NCBI GenBank assembly: GCA_036630325.1 | Contig: CP142731.1 | Span: 62,001-126,000, forward strand | Length of the DNA: 64,000 nt | From: Vairimorpha necatrix | Taxonomy: Eukaryota | Direction: 5' to 3' | In this document: positions 24,167 to 36,321 of the stretch, piece after piece | Layout: each line of letters starts with the position of its first letter | Position numbering within the stretch: position 1 is the stretch's first letter | Notes under the pieces: model-generated | Seen by the model: only the letters and a program-made list of their open reading frames with translations | Database searches by the model: none | Told to the model about the DNA's origin: nothing | Program-made: the position numbers and the translations under genes

Positions 24167-26134
24167 TCAAGTAAAAGTTTTTCTTATGTTTTCACGCATG
24201 ATAAGTGTTATTTTATCTTTAAAATCTTCATATAATTTATTTTTATACTTTTTAATTAATGCTTCATTTTTAGTAGTTAAAAATTTTTTAATTTCTTTAC
24301 CATTAAATATTTTTTCAATTTCTTTGTTTCCTTTTTTAATAAACTCAGTCATTATATTTTCCATTCCCTGTTCATCAAATATATTTATATCTTTTTTATT
24401 TTTAGATTCTGTTATTATTTCATCAAGTGTTTCTCTCAATGGTGATTTCTGTATTATTCCAATTATTTTTTTTATTTTTTTGTCGTTGGAATATATCTCC
24501 AACTTATTTAATATTTCTTTATTAGTTCTTTCGATAAAATCTTCTTTATATTTAAATGGCTTCATAATTTCATTTAGATTTCCTTTGTAATTAACTTCAT
24601 TTATATAATAATTATCATTGCCCTTAAATAAACACATTATCTCGGATACTATCTTTGCAAACTCATCATTTACGTTTATAATGTCATCCAAATGATAATA
24701 AACTTCATCATAAATTTTCATTAAATCAATCTTCGTTTTTAATAAAAGATTAATTTTATAGGATCCTACTTCTTTAAATTCATGTTTTATGATCTGTTTA
24801 CCAATCTTTCTAATTTTATAGAATAATGAATCAAAATCCAGATCGTTTTCATTCATATAATTTTCTGCTTCTATGAAAATGCAGAGTTTTAACATGTCAC
24901 TTGCCGATTGAGAAATCATCTCTATATGATTTAATGGTTTGTTTTTCAAAACATTAAAGAACGTTCTTCTTTTTTCATGTATCCTAAAATTTTTTCTCAG
25001 TTGTTTTAATTCACTTTCGGTTATTACACCATCAAAAAGTAACAAATGAATAAATATTAAATTTATAGCGGATTCGGGCTTGTTGAGGATATTATGAAGA
25101 ATTGTTTTTATTTCATTTTTATTCACTAGTAAGTCAAAAAATAATTCAACCTTAATAAAATCTAGACCATTTTGTATGTCTGAGATTTTTTTAAAAGTTG
25201 ATTCAATTTCTTTCATAACATTTTTTTGTAGAGCATAACTATAATTAACACCTCTTTGGTTAAAAATTATTTTTCCATTTTCTTTATGTAATTCTATAAA
25301 ATTTTTATTATCAAATTCGATGCTATAATACGTGCACTTTAATGCACTTGATTGTGGATGTAAATCTCTTTCTTTTTTATTTATAAAATTATGTAATAAA
25401 TATAACCCTCTCTGTATATCTTTGTAATAGTTATTACGGGTCAACTTTGTGGCTATAAACTTTTTATATAAGTAATTTCCGTCGATTTCATTGTAACTTA
25501 TTTCAAAAAAATAACAAATTTTCGCAGTGTCAATGCTAAAGTTAACATAATTTTTATAGTTTTTACGAACATGATGAATGGGCACATCGAAATTTCCCAA
25601 TTCTACATTATTACAGGTTTTTTCGAATTTTGCTTTTGATAAAATTTTCTCAAAATCACAATTTTGTTTAATAATGTATTCGTAATGTAGTTTTGTAAGA
25701 GTTCTGTTTTTCTTTATATTTAAATTCTTAATTTCCTCAATTAAATCCTTCATTACATTATATTTATTATAATCATGATGGTTATATACTAAAACAATAA
25801 AATCAGTTTCTAGAATTTTGCCAGTTCTCTTTAGTTGATTTTCGATTTCAACAGCTATATTTGAAGGATCGAGGAAAACGGCACGTGCAATAAAGAAATC
25901 TTGTGAAAATTGATTTTCTGATTGAGACACATCCTCTGTTATATTTCCTCTTAAAATATTGTTATCTGCATCAAAATTGATCATAACTCTCAAATAGCGT
26001 TTACTATGATAAATCATATAAAAATCTTGTTCTTTTATTTTTCTTATTATGGTATTCTTCACATTATTATATAGGTACTCATAATTATAAGAGTAGACTA
26101 ATACTATTGAAGAAAGAACTTGAATAATTTTCAT
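24167..26134 (-). CDS. Large putative secreted protein, family A member 2 (~655 aa)
   Basis: Start revised to the ATG at 26134 (aCCCCacATG). Signal-like MKIIQVLSSIVLVYS; family motifs FIVLVY, ICYFFEI and MLKLCIFIE. Confidence 0.85.
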   Translation of the reverse strand: MKIIQVLSSIVLVYSYNYEYLYNNVKNTIIRKIKEQDFYMIYHSKRYLRVMINFDADNNILRGNITEDVSQSENQFSQDFFIARAVFLDPSNIAVEIENQLKRTGKILETDFIVLVYNHHDYNKYNVMKDLIEEIKNLNIKKNRTLTKLHYEYIIKQNCDFEKILSKAKFEKTCNNVELGNFDVPIHHVRKNYKNYVNFSIDTAKICYFFEISYNEIDGNYLYKKFIATKLTRNNYYKDIQRGLYLLHNFINKKERDLHPQSSALKCTYYSIEFDNKNFIELHKENGKIIFNQRGVNYSYALQKNVMKEIESTFKKISDIQNGLDFIKVELFFDLLVNKNEIKTILHNILNKPESAINLIFIHLLLFDGVITESELKQLRKNFRIHEKRRTFFNVLKNKPLNHIEMISQSASDMLKLCIFIEAENYMNENDLDFDSLFYKIRKIGKQIIKHEFKEVGSYKINLLLKTKIDLMKIYDEVYYHLDDIINVNDEFAKIVSEIMCLFKGNDNYYINEVNYKGNLNEIMKPFKYKEDFIERTNKEILNKLEIYSNDKKIKKIIGIIQKSPLRETLDEIITESKNKKDINIFDEQGMENIMTEFIKKGNKEIEKIFNGKEIKKFLTTKNEALIKKYKNKLYEDFKDKITLIMRENIRKTFT

Positions 26135-28449
26135 GTGGGGTAAAAATTGAAAAAATTTTAATTTCACGTAAAAAACTAATTTGGAAACCTGTCAAAGATT
26201 TTCTAAAAATTTTATAGAATAGTTTTCATGGTTTTTTTTTTAAGAGAGTAATCATAGATGATATTTTAATTTTAGCATTAAATTTATAGTTTACATTAAG
26301 TAAATGTTCTTTGCAATCCGAATTAACTAAAAATGTTAACGTATGAGGTCAACATACCTGACCGTCGGTATTCACTGCTTTTAAGAAATCAGATATTTGT
26401 TTTCAACACTCAAGACGATTATTGACTTTGTTGAAAGTATAACATGTCAAATCTCATCCAATTATAGATCAAATGACATTCGACACAAGATATTTGACAT
26501 GTGACATTTGGACTATAAACTCCGAAAATAAATAAACCCATGTTTTCTAATAACAGTTTTACGTACAACAGACTTTTCGAAATACAAACAATATTGAGGT
26601 AAATAGTGTTTTACACTTGTTCATAACTTTTGCTCCCTTTCTATTCCCCTGCAATTGAGTATTTTAGGCGATAATTGCTAAAATGTTTTAGCAACTTACC
26701 TAATGAAGGTATAATAGGCACAAACAATTAACCAAAGACTATCGTAGTTTTAAAAGCCAGCCTATTTTTATATTAAGATTTATGTGAAAATAATGATGAT
26801 AAAAACCTTGTTTTAAATGTTCCTTTTAGTAAATTATTTAGTAATTAATGTTTATTTGTGTAGAATAATATTAATAATCATTAAATATATTTTTTAATAG
26901 ATTACAAAGATTGCATTTTCTTAATTGTTTTATCCTTATATAACTTTTAGATTATAAATTATGTTCAAATACTTTTGATATATATAGATATCGAAATATA
27001 TCTGATTCAATTTAAACCCTCATAAGAACAACAGAAAACCATCAAAGAACCAATCATGAAGTTTACTCTTATTTTCTATTTAAATTTTATAAGGTGTATT
27101 TATCTTGTAACATTTTATTTATGACTTCTTCTTTAAAATAAATAATTGTCAGGATGATATAATAAGATGTATAAGATAAAAAAACAATAATACCTCTCTA
27201 TCAAAAAATTAGCAAAACTTTTTAGATGCCATAATTAAGAGTAATCAATCAAGTAATTTTGTACACCGGAATCATTTGTATTTTCCTTTTCCTGTTTTAT
27301 AAAATTTTAAAGCCGATGAGAAAAAAATTGTGACACTCAAACTTTAATGCTTTAATTTATTCTCAACAATTTTAATCCATTGTTCCAATATTTTCCTTTA
27401 TGATTGGCACATCGCTTACTCTTTTACAATATATAATTGATAAAATTTCTTTTGCTAAATCTAACTAAAACTCCTTTGTATAAATCTAGTGTCGAATTTT
27501 ATCTTAAGGATTATATATTTAGTTTTAGAGGTAAGAATAATTGATTTGGGTTTTAATATTAAAACAAAGGTCAGAGGTATTCTTTAGTTTATAATACACA
27601 TATAATTTATAAATTGCATATGTGAATGTCTTAAATGGTATTAATTTTTGACAATGTTTTAGAATTTATGTTAGTCTAAATTCATAATTATACAAGAGCA
27701 CAAACAAAAAAAATTTTAATCATATTTCTTATGTTACTTAGTTAGATATTAAAGTTATTTTAGATCGTACTAATTTTTTTTGTTCCTGCCGAAAGTGCAA
27801 ACTAAGATTTATTTTAATTGTTTGTTTTTGGTTGCAATAAAAACCAGATTGATTATGAAAGAGCTATGAGTAGATAGTAATTCCGATTTTGTTTATATAA
27901 TAAAAAAATAGAAATGTATACGAGTAAAATTTGATTTTAATATAGGTTAATATTACAAATTTCTTGTCTTTTAAAATTATTTGTATAAAATTTATCTAAT
28001 TTTTATTTTTACCACATAGACAATTTTAAAAAAAATTTCTAATGGTCATAATCTTTTATGTATTTCTATTTACATTTTTCTTGTTATGAAAAAAAAATTT
28101 AAACAAAAGCATCTAAAAAGACATACAATGAAAAAACAATCATGAAGTTTTTATTTTTTTGCTAAGTTATAGACAAAGTTGTGCATGCAAAATAGTTTCA
28201 TTTTTTTTTTAAATGCATTAAGAGTTTTCAAATATATATAATTAACAAACTTTTTTTAATTTTGTTTTTAAGGCAAAAATTATATAATAGATGATACATA
28301 AAGGTCTGATAATATACCTTGCTTAATTCACATTGAAGTTGTGGTTAGAAGCATCTATAACATATAATGATACTATTGCTTTCAAATTAATTAATAATGC
28401 TATTTTCCACATATACATATATGTTATCTGTTTATTTGATTTTGAGAAC

Positions 28450-29108
28450 ACTTTAAAAATAAAAAAGTAATTAATTTAAATAAAGTTTGGACGATTCGTA
28501 ATCTAGATTGCTGAGAAGAATTAATTTAATACAAGAATTAAAAGTGAGGGGACTTTGAACTTCATGATTTTTTAGTCAGGAATAGTTATCGGGTTAATTG
28601 ATGCTATTGTGTGATCCATAATTTTATATATGAGAATAAAATATTACTTTGCAAAATTTTCTTGTACAAATTATACGCTTGGATTGATCATCAATTCCGC
28701 AACCCCAATGAACAATAGTATTTAAAACCTATTGAGGCTGTAATATCTCGAGAGTTGAAAATACTTAACAACATCAGATGTAATTTATACACTAAAATAC
28801 TTTTAAAATATTTTTTTGATAGAGTTATTCTAATCTAGAAATAAAAAATGAAATAAAATGAGGTAACGATCTGAGTCAAAACTTTATTATTTTTTACTAC
28901 CGAATCCGAGCTCAGGCTGTACAGTAGTGGAATGTTTTGTACGAATCATGTCCACAGAACTTGAAATTTAATTCTTTTGTTGAAATTTCATTAAAATGTC
29001 TTTTCTTTAGTCTTTATCTACCTTAACTAAAAATGATTTTTGTAATATTATAATTCTAATGTATGTCTTGAGCTGCTAAATATTAGTTTAAAAATATGCA
29101 ACTCTCAT
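28450..29108 (-). pseudogene. Possible decayed gene
   Basis: gCCCCaaATG start context at 29108 (MRVAYF*), followed by coding-like but stop-riddled sequence; 3' boundary uncertain. Confidence 0.25.
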
Positions 29109-32100
29109 TTGGGGCAATATGATGGTCAGTCGATAAAAAATTTGAAACAAACTATAGATTAGGCGAATTGTTCTCGGATGATGTTATTAACTCCAGATAT
29201 TTAACATAGACTGCTTAATTATTGTATGTAAAGACAAAATTTAAACATTAATCGAAATTTATGATTAAACTATATTTTCCCTGCTCATTACCTATATAAC
29301 ACATTAGTTATTTCCTGTACATTTACTGAAAACCAGTCTACACATAACTAAACAAAAATTTCCGTTTGTCGCTTCCAGTGTCTTCAAGGCTAAAAAATAA
29401 TTTATGAAGCACTGAAAAAATAAAATATTAACATCAACAAAAGGTAAGACGAAGAAGTGACACAGACCGACAAAACAGATATAGCAAAAAAAAATAAGTC
29501 AAAATGCCAGTGAAAAAAAATTATACACAGTAAAAAAACTGAAATGGTTAGTGAGGACAAATAACAAGCAAATATATGAATTGAGAATCAAAATAGTACT
29601 CAAACTTTTTGTACGTGGGGGGGGGGGCATATCTAACAAAAGTTATTAATCACGTAACGATTTATATAACTGACGGCATAAATTCTAATCAAAAGCAAGC
29701 GAATCTATCAACGACGAACAAGTTGTAATATTAATATAGAAAAAAAAACATACAGGATAGACTTCAAATTTGTTAGAAGAAATATGATTATATCTCAAAT
29801 TTCGACGAAAATAATAAGGAATAAAATAAAAGATAGTGCAATTCTGTATTATTAAAAGAATTTAAAAGGAAAGAAGATGCAATTTTTAACTATCAAGAAT
29901 TACAAAATGGTTTTAATGAGTTTTTGAAGTTCTATAAAGATAACTGTTTTTGTTTTTTCGTTCCTCTCTAAGGGTCCTTTGGAGAGAGACAAGTTAGGGC
30001 TCAAAATGTTGCGCCAATGAAACCTAACACATAAAAAACTATATAAGTAAAATAAAGAGTTCTTCGTTACTCAATAATTACCCATAAGCACTAAAAATTT
30101 TTACCTTTATTTTTAAACATACATATATATCTCATTGAATGAATATATTTTTTTATTTTGAAAATATTCTTTTAAAATTAAATTTTTGGCAGGATGGTAG
30201 GATATTTATGCTTTACTCATAATATTAATGCCTAACGAATGCGGTATTTAAGGGTTATAATCTAACATGACCTCGCTAATTTTATCGCTCTTTATAAAAA
30301 TTTATTAAGTAGGTTTATTTTAAAGATGTATTTAATAACTGCGAGAGGACATGAGAAATAAGTTCATGCATGTTATAGCACAGATACATTAACTCATAAA
30401 CTTAGTTTAGTAGAAGAATTGAGACATTATGAAAAATATTAAAATTCCTGTAAGCACATATACATAGAAATATAATAATGGAAAGCCAATTTCTTGATAA
30501 CACTTAAGGTTTTTAGATACACTAAAACATTTTCGTATGTAGGAGATTATGTAATTTTTAAGATATATTTATATTTCGGTTGTATTTAACATAAATTTAG
30601 ACGTTAAAAAAAAATATTAATTCAAAGATATTTTTTTTATACTTAGACTTTATGAATATTTGTATTTGACAATTCTTTGTAAAGTAAATATATATAAGTA
30701 ATAAAAGTTGTTTTCACTAGTATGAAACAAAATCAAATAAATACGCAGTCAGAATAATTTTTTATTGATTTGATCATATAAGAGTTTGTTTTATTGCAAT
30801 TATCATATATATTTGTTATTTTTCTAGCGTAATTGATTTTCTATATTAGAAAATTCTTCATCCAAACATTTCAAGGTATAAATTTGGTGTGTTCTTATGT
30901 AAAATGCAAATAGATAGTTGTGTTTTTTAATTTTATACTCAAATTTATTACTCTTGCGATAAAAATAATAACTCTAAAACTACTGGACTTTATAACCCTT
31001 TGTTGTAAAGTACGTCGTTCTAAAATACTCGCTAAAATAATTTAAAAATAGTATTGAAACGATTTAAGCAGTATACCTGTGCTCGGCTTTGTTTTGTATT
31101 ACATGTAAGACCACACTCAAGCTAATAATTTAAATATCTAAAGAACCATATATGAGCCAACCTAAATATAGTCGTTACAATCTGACTATAATGCTTAAAA
31201 CTAACTATATGCATATTAGCACGTTTAACATGTTTTTTAAAACCACATTTTAAAAAAAAATATTTAGGAAACCTTACAAAAAATCTAAATACAGTAATTT
31301 AACCATAGTATAAAAAATTGTATCCGTAATGTATTGACTCTTCTAAAAACTTATTGTAATGTCCTATATCTAATTTTATAACAACCATTAAATACTAACA
31401 GTTATGTAAAAACCAAAAGATTCATGAAAAACACATTTAAAACTGAGTTAGGCTTAAACAGTCAAGATTTAAGTTAGAATGTTCATAAACCTTTGTTTAT
31501 CTTGTTTTGTTTACATCCAAAGTTTTTATAAGTAAAGCACTAAATAAATTTTTAAATTCTTTTTTGTCGTGTATTGACCAAACTAAATTTTTTTTAGTTG
31601 ATGCTAAAATATTAGATTTTTATTATTGTTTTTATTAAATACAAAAATACCTTAAATAATCATTTAATCTTCTATTTCTTTGTTTTTATAGAATTTGCAC
31701 AAATACAGTTTAAAAATTTTTTTATATTAAATTAATTAATAATACTCTAATATATATCAAAATATAACAACGTTTTTTACCAAATTTAAAGCCTCTATTA
31801 TGTTGTTCTTATTCAAATCTATAAGTTGTACATAGTAATATATAATTTAACTTGGTTTTAGATATTTAATTTTGTATATTTACATATAATAAACTATATA
31901 ATAAATACCAACTTTTATCTTTGATTAAATTATTTTAAAATGCAAGTTTTATTATCTTAATGTCTTTGTTTCTACTATTAAGCAAGGCATATTCTTTCCA
32001 GATTGTCTGATTAGAATACTATATAATATAACATACTTAACTAATGTCTTATGTTTTATACGTGAATATTAAAAATACACTATTCAAAAAATCACACAAG

Positions 32101-33034
32101 CTATTTTTAATCAACACTGCAAACTTAACGCAATTAAAGAATATATCTAGTTCAACTTGAGATACTTTCTAGATAAAATCTGTCTTTGGATTACATTCTA
32201 TCACTTGATTTGAAAAAAATGTTGTGTGAAACGCAATATAACAATACCCAGATTTTGGATGGATTAATCCTTTACATATAAAAAATAAATTCAAGCTACA
32301 TCTTTGTAAATTAAGAAAAACTTAATTCAATTTTTTTACTTATAAAAACAATATGAAATAAGTTTGAGAAAAAATTGCTAAAAACAAAATTTTTGTGTAC
32401 ATTTAAAATAAGAAAAAATAATATTAAACAAGATACTCTCGGACATAATGATACAAAAAAATAATTTGTAGTCAATGCATACAAAATCGGTGTATTCTTC
32501 AGGCATTAAAATTACAAGTATCTATTCTTTGTAACTTTATGACCACTGTTATCTCTGTTAATACTACTACTACATATTTGTTCATAAATATTCATAATGC
32601 TTTTTTTTGTGAGGAATTACTATATTTCTCTTTTGATGGCTGAAAACTAGTAAATCACATCTAATTACTATTTTAAATTAAATCAAAAATATTTGCTTTA
32701 ACAGAATGCAAAATTATGCAGAAAACATGTAAAAAATATTGTTCTACAATATATTTTAAATTATCTAAAAATTATATTTAATTTGCCATAAATACCATTA
32801 GAGAAATGTGAACAATCCTATGAAAAAAAAGTGTTATTGAAATTAATTTGTAATCTTCGATCAAATGTTTATTTCCATATGATCAATATGAAAAATTAAT
32901 GAGTAACATACCTATAATTATTAAATCACTTAAGTAAATTCTTATTATTTGAATATAAAAACCGATATGAATATGTTTTTTTGAACATTAGTAAAATTTT
33001 TTATATTTTTTCAAAAGTTTCGCTTTACCCATAT

Positions 33035-34180
33035 ATGTATTTTATTCTGCTAACAATTATGGCAAATATTCAATTATTAATAGCCATTCATAAAATTAAA
33101 GAAATAAAGAGAGACTTTGATGAATGTAAAGATATATTCCGGGAACCATATAATCCCATAAACAATATAAATATAAACAACATCTTGTGCTTAGAATATT
33201 TAAGATTAATATTCGAATCGATTTTGAATAATATGAAATTTCCTATGAAGAGGCAACTTGCTTGGCCAAGAGCGCTCAATGGGGCTGAATATGAAATTCA
33301 AAAAAAAGACTTTGTTTATTATTTATATTATGAATTTTTAAGTTCCGAGAACTGGGATATTAAACCAACAAAACCTCAAGGGGGCAAAGATTTATCAGTA
33401 TATTATTTTATTAAAGAATTTGCCATACAAACGAGATTATTATTTCAAACTCTACTATGTATGAATTCCAATATGAAAAAATTAGATCTTTTTAAATTTA
33501 GAAATATTATTAATAGATATATTGAAGTAAAAGTAGATTCAACGTATATTTTTATTTCTCAAATTTTTAAAAAAGATAAACTACAACCATTTATTGATGA
33601 TTTATACGAAATTAGTGATCTTAACGCAACTAATATTAGTATAGTGGGGGAAACATGCAATTACAATACAATAGAATTATCAGGAGAACATAATCAAGAT
33701 AATAAGCAGGTTAAAATGAAAGAGAAGAATATTTCTACCGAAGAAGGCAAAAAAATTAATGAAGAAAGCAACAAAAATAAAATTCAAAATAAAACGAGTT
33801 TGAAAAACCAAGATTTTCAAAGCGACGTCCACGAAAATAATATTGCCGAAATTAAGATTAAAGAGCTTATAGACATCAAAGAAAATGTAAAAAATATGCA
33901 AGATTTTGATTATAATAATAGAAAATTAAATGGATCTATATACAATCAAGAAAAGCAAATTACAACATTTAAAAAAGGGGATGCAGTAAAAAAAGAAAAT
34001 ATGAGCATAGAAAATCAAGAATATGATAGTACTGGAATCCAGGAAAATAAATCGAAAATATATGACAAAGTCAGTAACGGGGGGCTAACGTTTAATTATA
34101 ATTCAGGAACATTGTTTTTTGTAGGTCTTACTTCATTATCTTCGACTCATCAGCTGGGTTGTAATCCATTTTTGTATTAG
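33035..34180 (+). CDS. Putative secreted or surface protein with low-complexity K/N/E-rich C-terminal half (~381 aa)
   Basis: Start revised to the ATG at 33035 (aCCCatatATG). Signal-like MYFILLTIMANIQLLIA; weakly hydrophobic C-terminus. Confidence 0.8.
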   Translation: MYFILLTIMANIQLLIAIHKIKEIKRDFDECKDIFREPYNPINNININNILCLEYLRLIFESILNNMKFPMKRQLAWPRALNGAEYEIQKKDFVYYLYYEFLSSENWDIKPTKPQGGKDLSVYYFIKEFAIQTRLLFQTLLCMNSNMKKLDLFKFRNIINRYIEVKVDSTYIFISQIFKKDKLQPFIDDLYEISDLNATNISIVGETCNYNTIELSGEHNQDNKQVKMKEKNISTEEGKKINEESNKNKIQNKTSLKNQDFQSDVHENNIAEIKIKELIDIKENVKNMQDFDYNNRKLNGSIYNQEKQITTFKKGDAVKKENMSIENQEYDSTGIQENKSKIYDKVSNGGLTFNYNSGTLFFVGLTSLSSTHQLGCNPFLY

Positions 34181-36321
34181 AAAGAAGGAATCATTATTTG
34201 TTGTATATTTAATTACTATATTTTTTCTTAAAATAAATTTGTAGAATAATTATTATAATATGATTTAAAAAAGATATTTTTATACTTAATCCATGTGAAT
34301 TGCAAAATAATAGTTTTTTGGTTGTAGTCATAATTTTGTATACGTAGTAAATTAAATGCTTCTTCAACCCCAAAGCCATGATAAAATATAGTCAATGTCC
34401 AACATAACGTTGAAGATGATGTAATTTTATAAGATACTGTAATAAAATATTATTTCTACTGGCGTTATAATCTCAAAAATTTTGACTGTACTTTGTACGT
34501 TCTAATAAAAATAAAGTAAAAGACGTAGATATCTAAAACATTTCGAACCAAGTATGAAAAGCTGAATGTATTAAATCCCTTTTATCCAGATGTATAATTT
34601 GGTTTGCAATATCATATTTACTCCTTCATAAATTGACTAAAGTATTAAATTAATTCATGAAAACCAATTTTAATGCCAATGTTTCTTTATCTATATGTTT
34701 GTTTCATATTTTTTGTATATATTATATGTTATCCTGCGGTGTTATTAACTAATGTAGAAAATTTAGAACATTTTATGTTATTGTTGTAAATACATTTTTT
34801 TTTCATGAAAATGGTTAGAATTTTGTATTAATTACTATAGAAATAATCTATTATTATAGCATAATTTTTATATGCACTGTCCTAAGTGATTCTACTTTTA
34901 ATATTGGATTTTTGAAGCTAAAAATGCAAAAGCAGTAGAAGTTAAAATTGGTGCAAAACTTGAATATTTATAAAAATTTCAAGATAGAAAGTTTTTAGAG
35001 ATAAATAAAAGGTTTATATAATTAAATATAAACAATCTATTTTTTGCATTTAAGATGGTTGTTATTATATGAAATTATTGAGAAATGTCTAAAAAATTTA
35101 TAATAATTTAGATTACATTTTGGATCAATTATACAAAAAAAATAAACATGACTTTAAAATTCTAATGTAGTATTTAAAACTGTAAATGTTATATTAAAAC
35201 AATATGTTATATTATAAAGCAAACTGTTTAAATTTATACCCTCGTGAGAGAATGGACTGAGAATAAAGTAAATACTTTTTATTTGTATAATTGATATTGA
35301 AAAATAAAGTTCCGAAAATAAAATTATTGTTAGTATTCTCAAAAAAAAAACCACATATACGAAAAATATAACACTCAAACTATTTTTAGCAAATTGAATA
35401 AGAGTCCGCCAATTGAGTTAATTTATAAATAATTAATTATAATATTTTGTAAGTTTATGACTATACTATTTATCGGATCAACTCGAACATTTAGATACTC
35501 GCTTATTGGTATGTCCAATAAGAATACTATTAAACTTCTATGTGTCTATCAACAAATTTAGCCTTATATTAATATTATTTGGCTGTACGGGTTTAATTAA
35601 GATTACAAATTGTACTATAAAATCAAAATTAAAGTAATTTTAGATGAATTTCATTATTGGTTATGCTAATTGAATTAAAATAAATCATCGCAACATAATT
35701 TTATTTTGAATAAAAAATCCACTTAGATTGTGATGTTGTAGAATCTTTTATAATTTTTTAAAAACGTCGATTATCATATTACTAATGTGTGAATGAGGGA
35801 TTGAATGTTTTATATAGTGTTAGATACTATAAATTATGTCATGTGAATTAATACATTTATTTTAAATAATTTTTGATGTAGTTTATAGCTTTTTGTGTAA
35901 TATATATAACCCTGAAATAACTAAAAACTATATTATAGCTTTCTATTCTTGTTGCAATATAAATCAAAATCTTTTTTAGACTTATAACAATTAGAAGTTG
36001 AAAATTATAGCTGAAAATATGGTACCGGCTAAAATTTGTTGCTTCATGTTTTTACTTTTTTTCAAAAAGGAAAAAAAATATAGAATGGTACATCAGAAAG
36101 CAAATTTATTATATCATTTAGAAATATCTGAATTCTTAGAATTGAGATTTTTTTGAAAATAATATCTTGTAAAATTAAAGTCAATATGGCGGGTTTATTA
36201 TAAAAATATTTTTAATACTTCACGTAATATTCTTTGAAATGGGGTAATACCTATATTTTATCTATATTATGTTTTAAATGATTTTTAACAAAATTGTTTG
36301 AAGATGGTACGTTAATTTTGT

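Noticed and set aside
29617..29630. Poly-G followed by CAT, similar to the Merlin TIR core
   Set aside because: Flanking sequence does not match the TIR.
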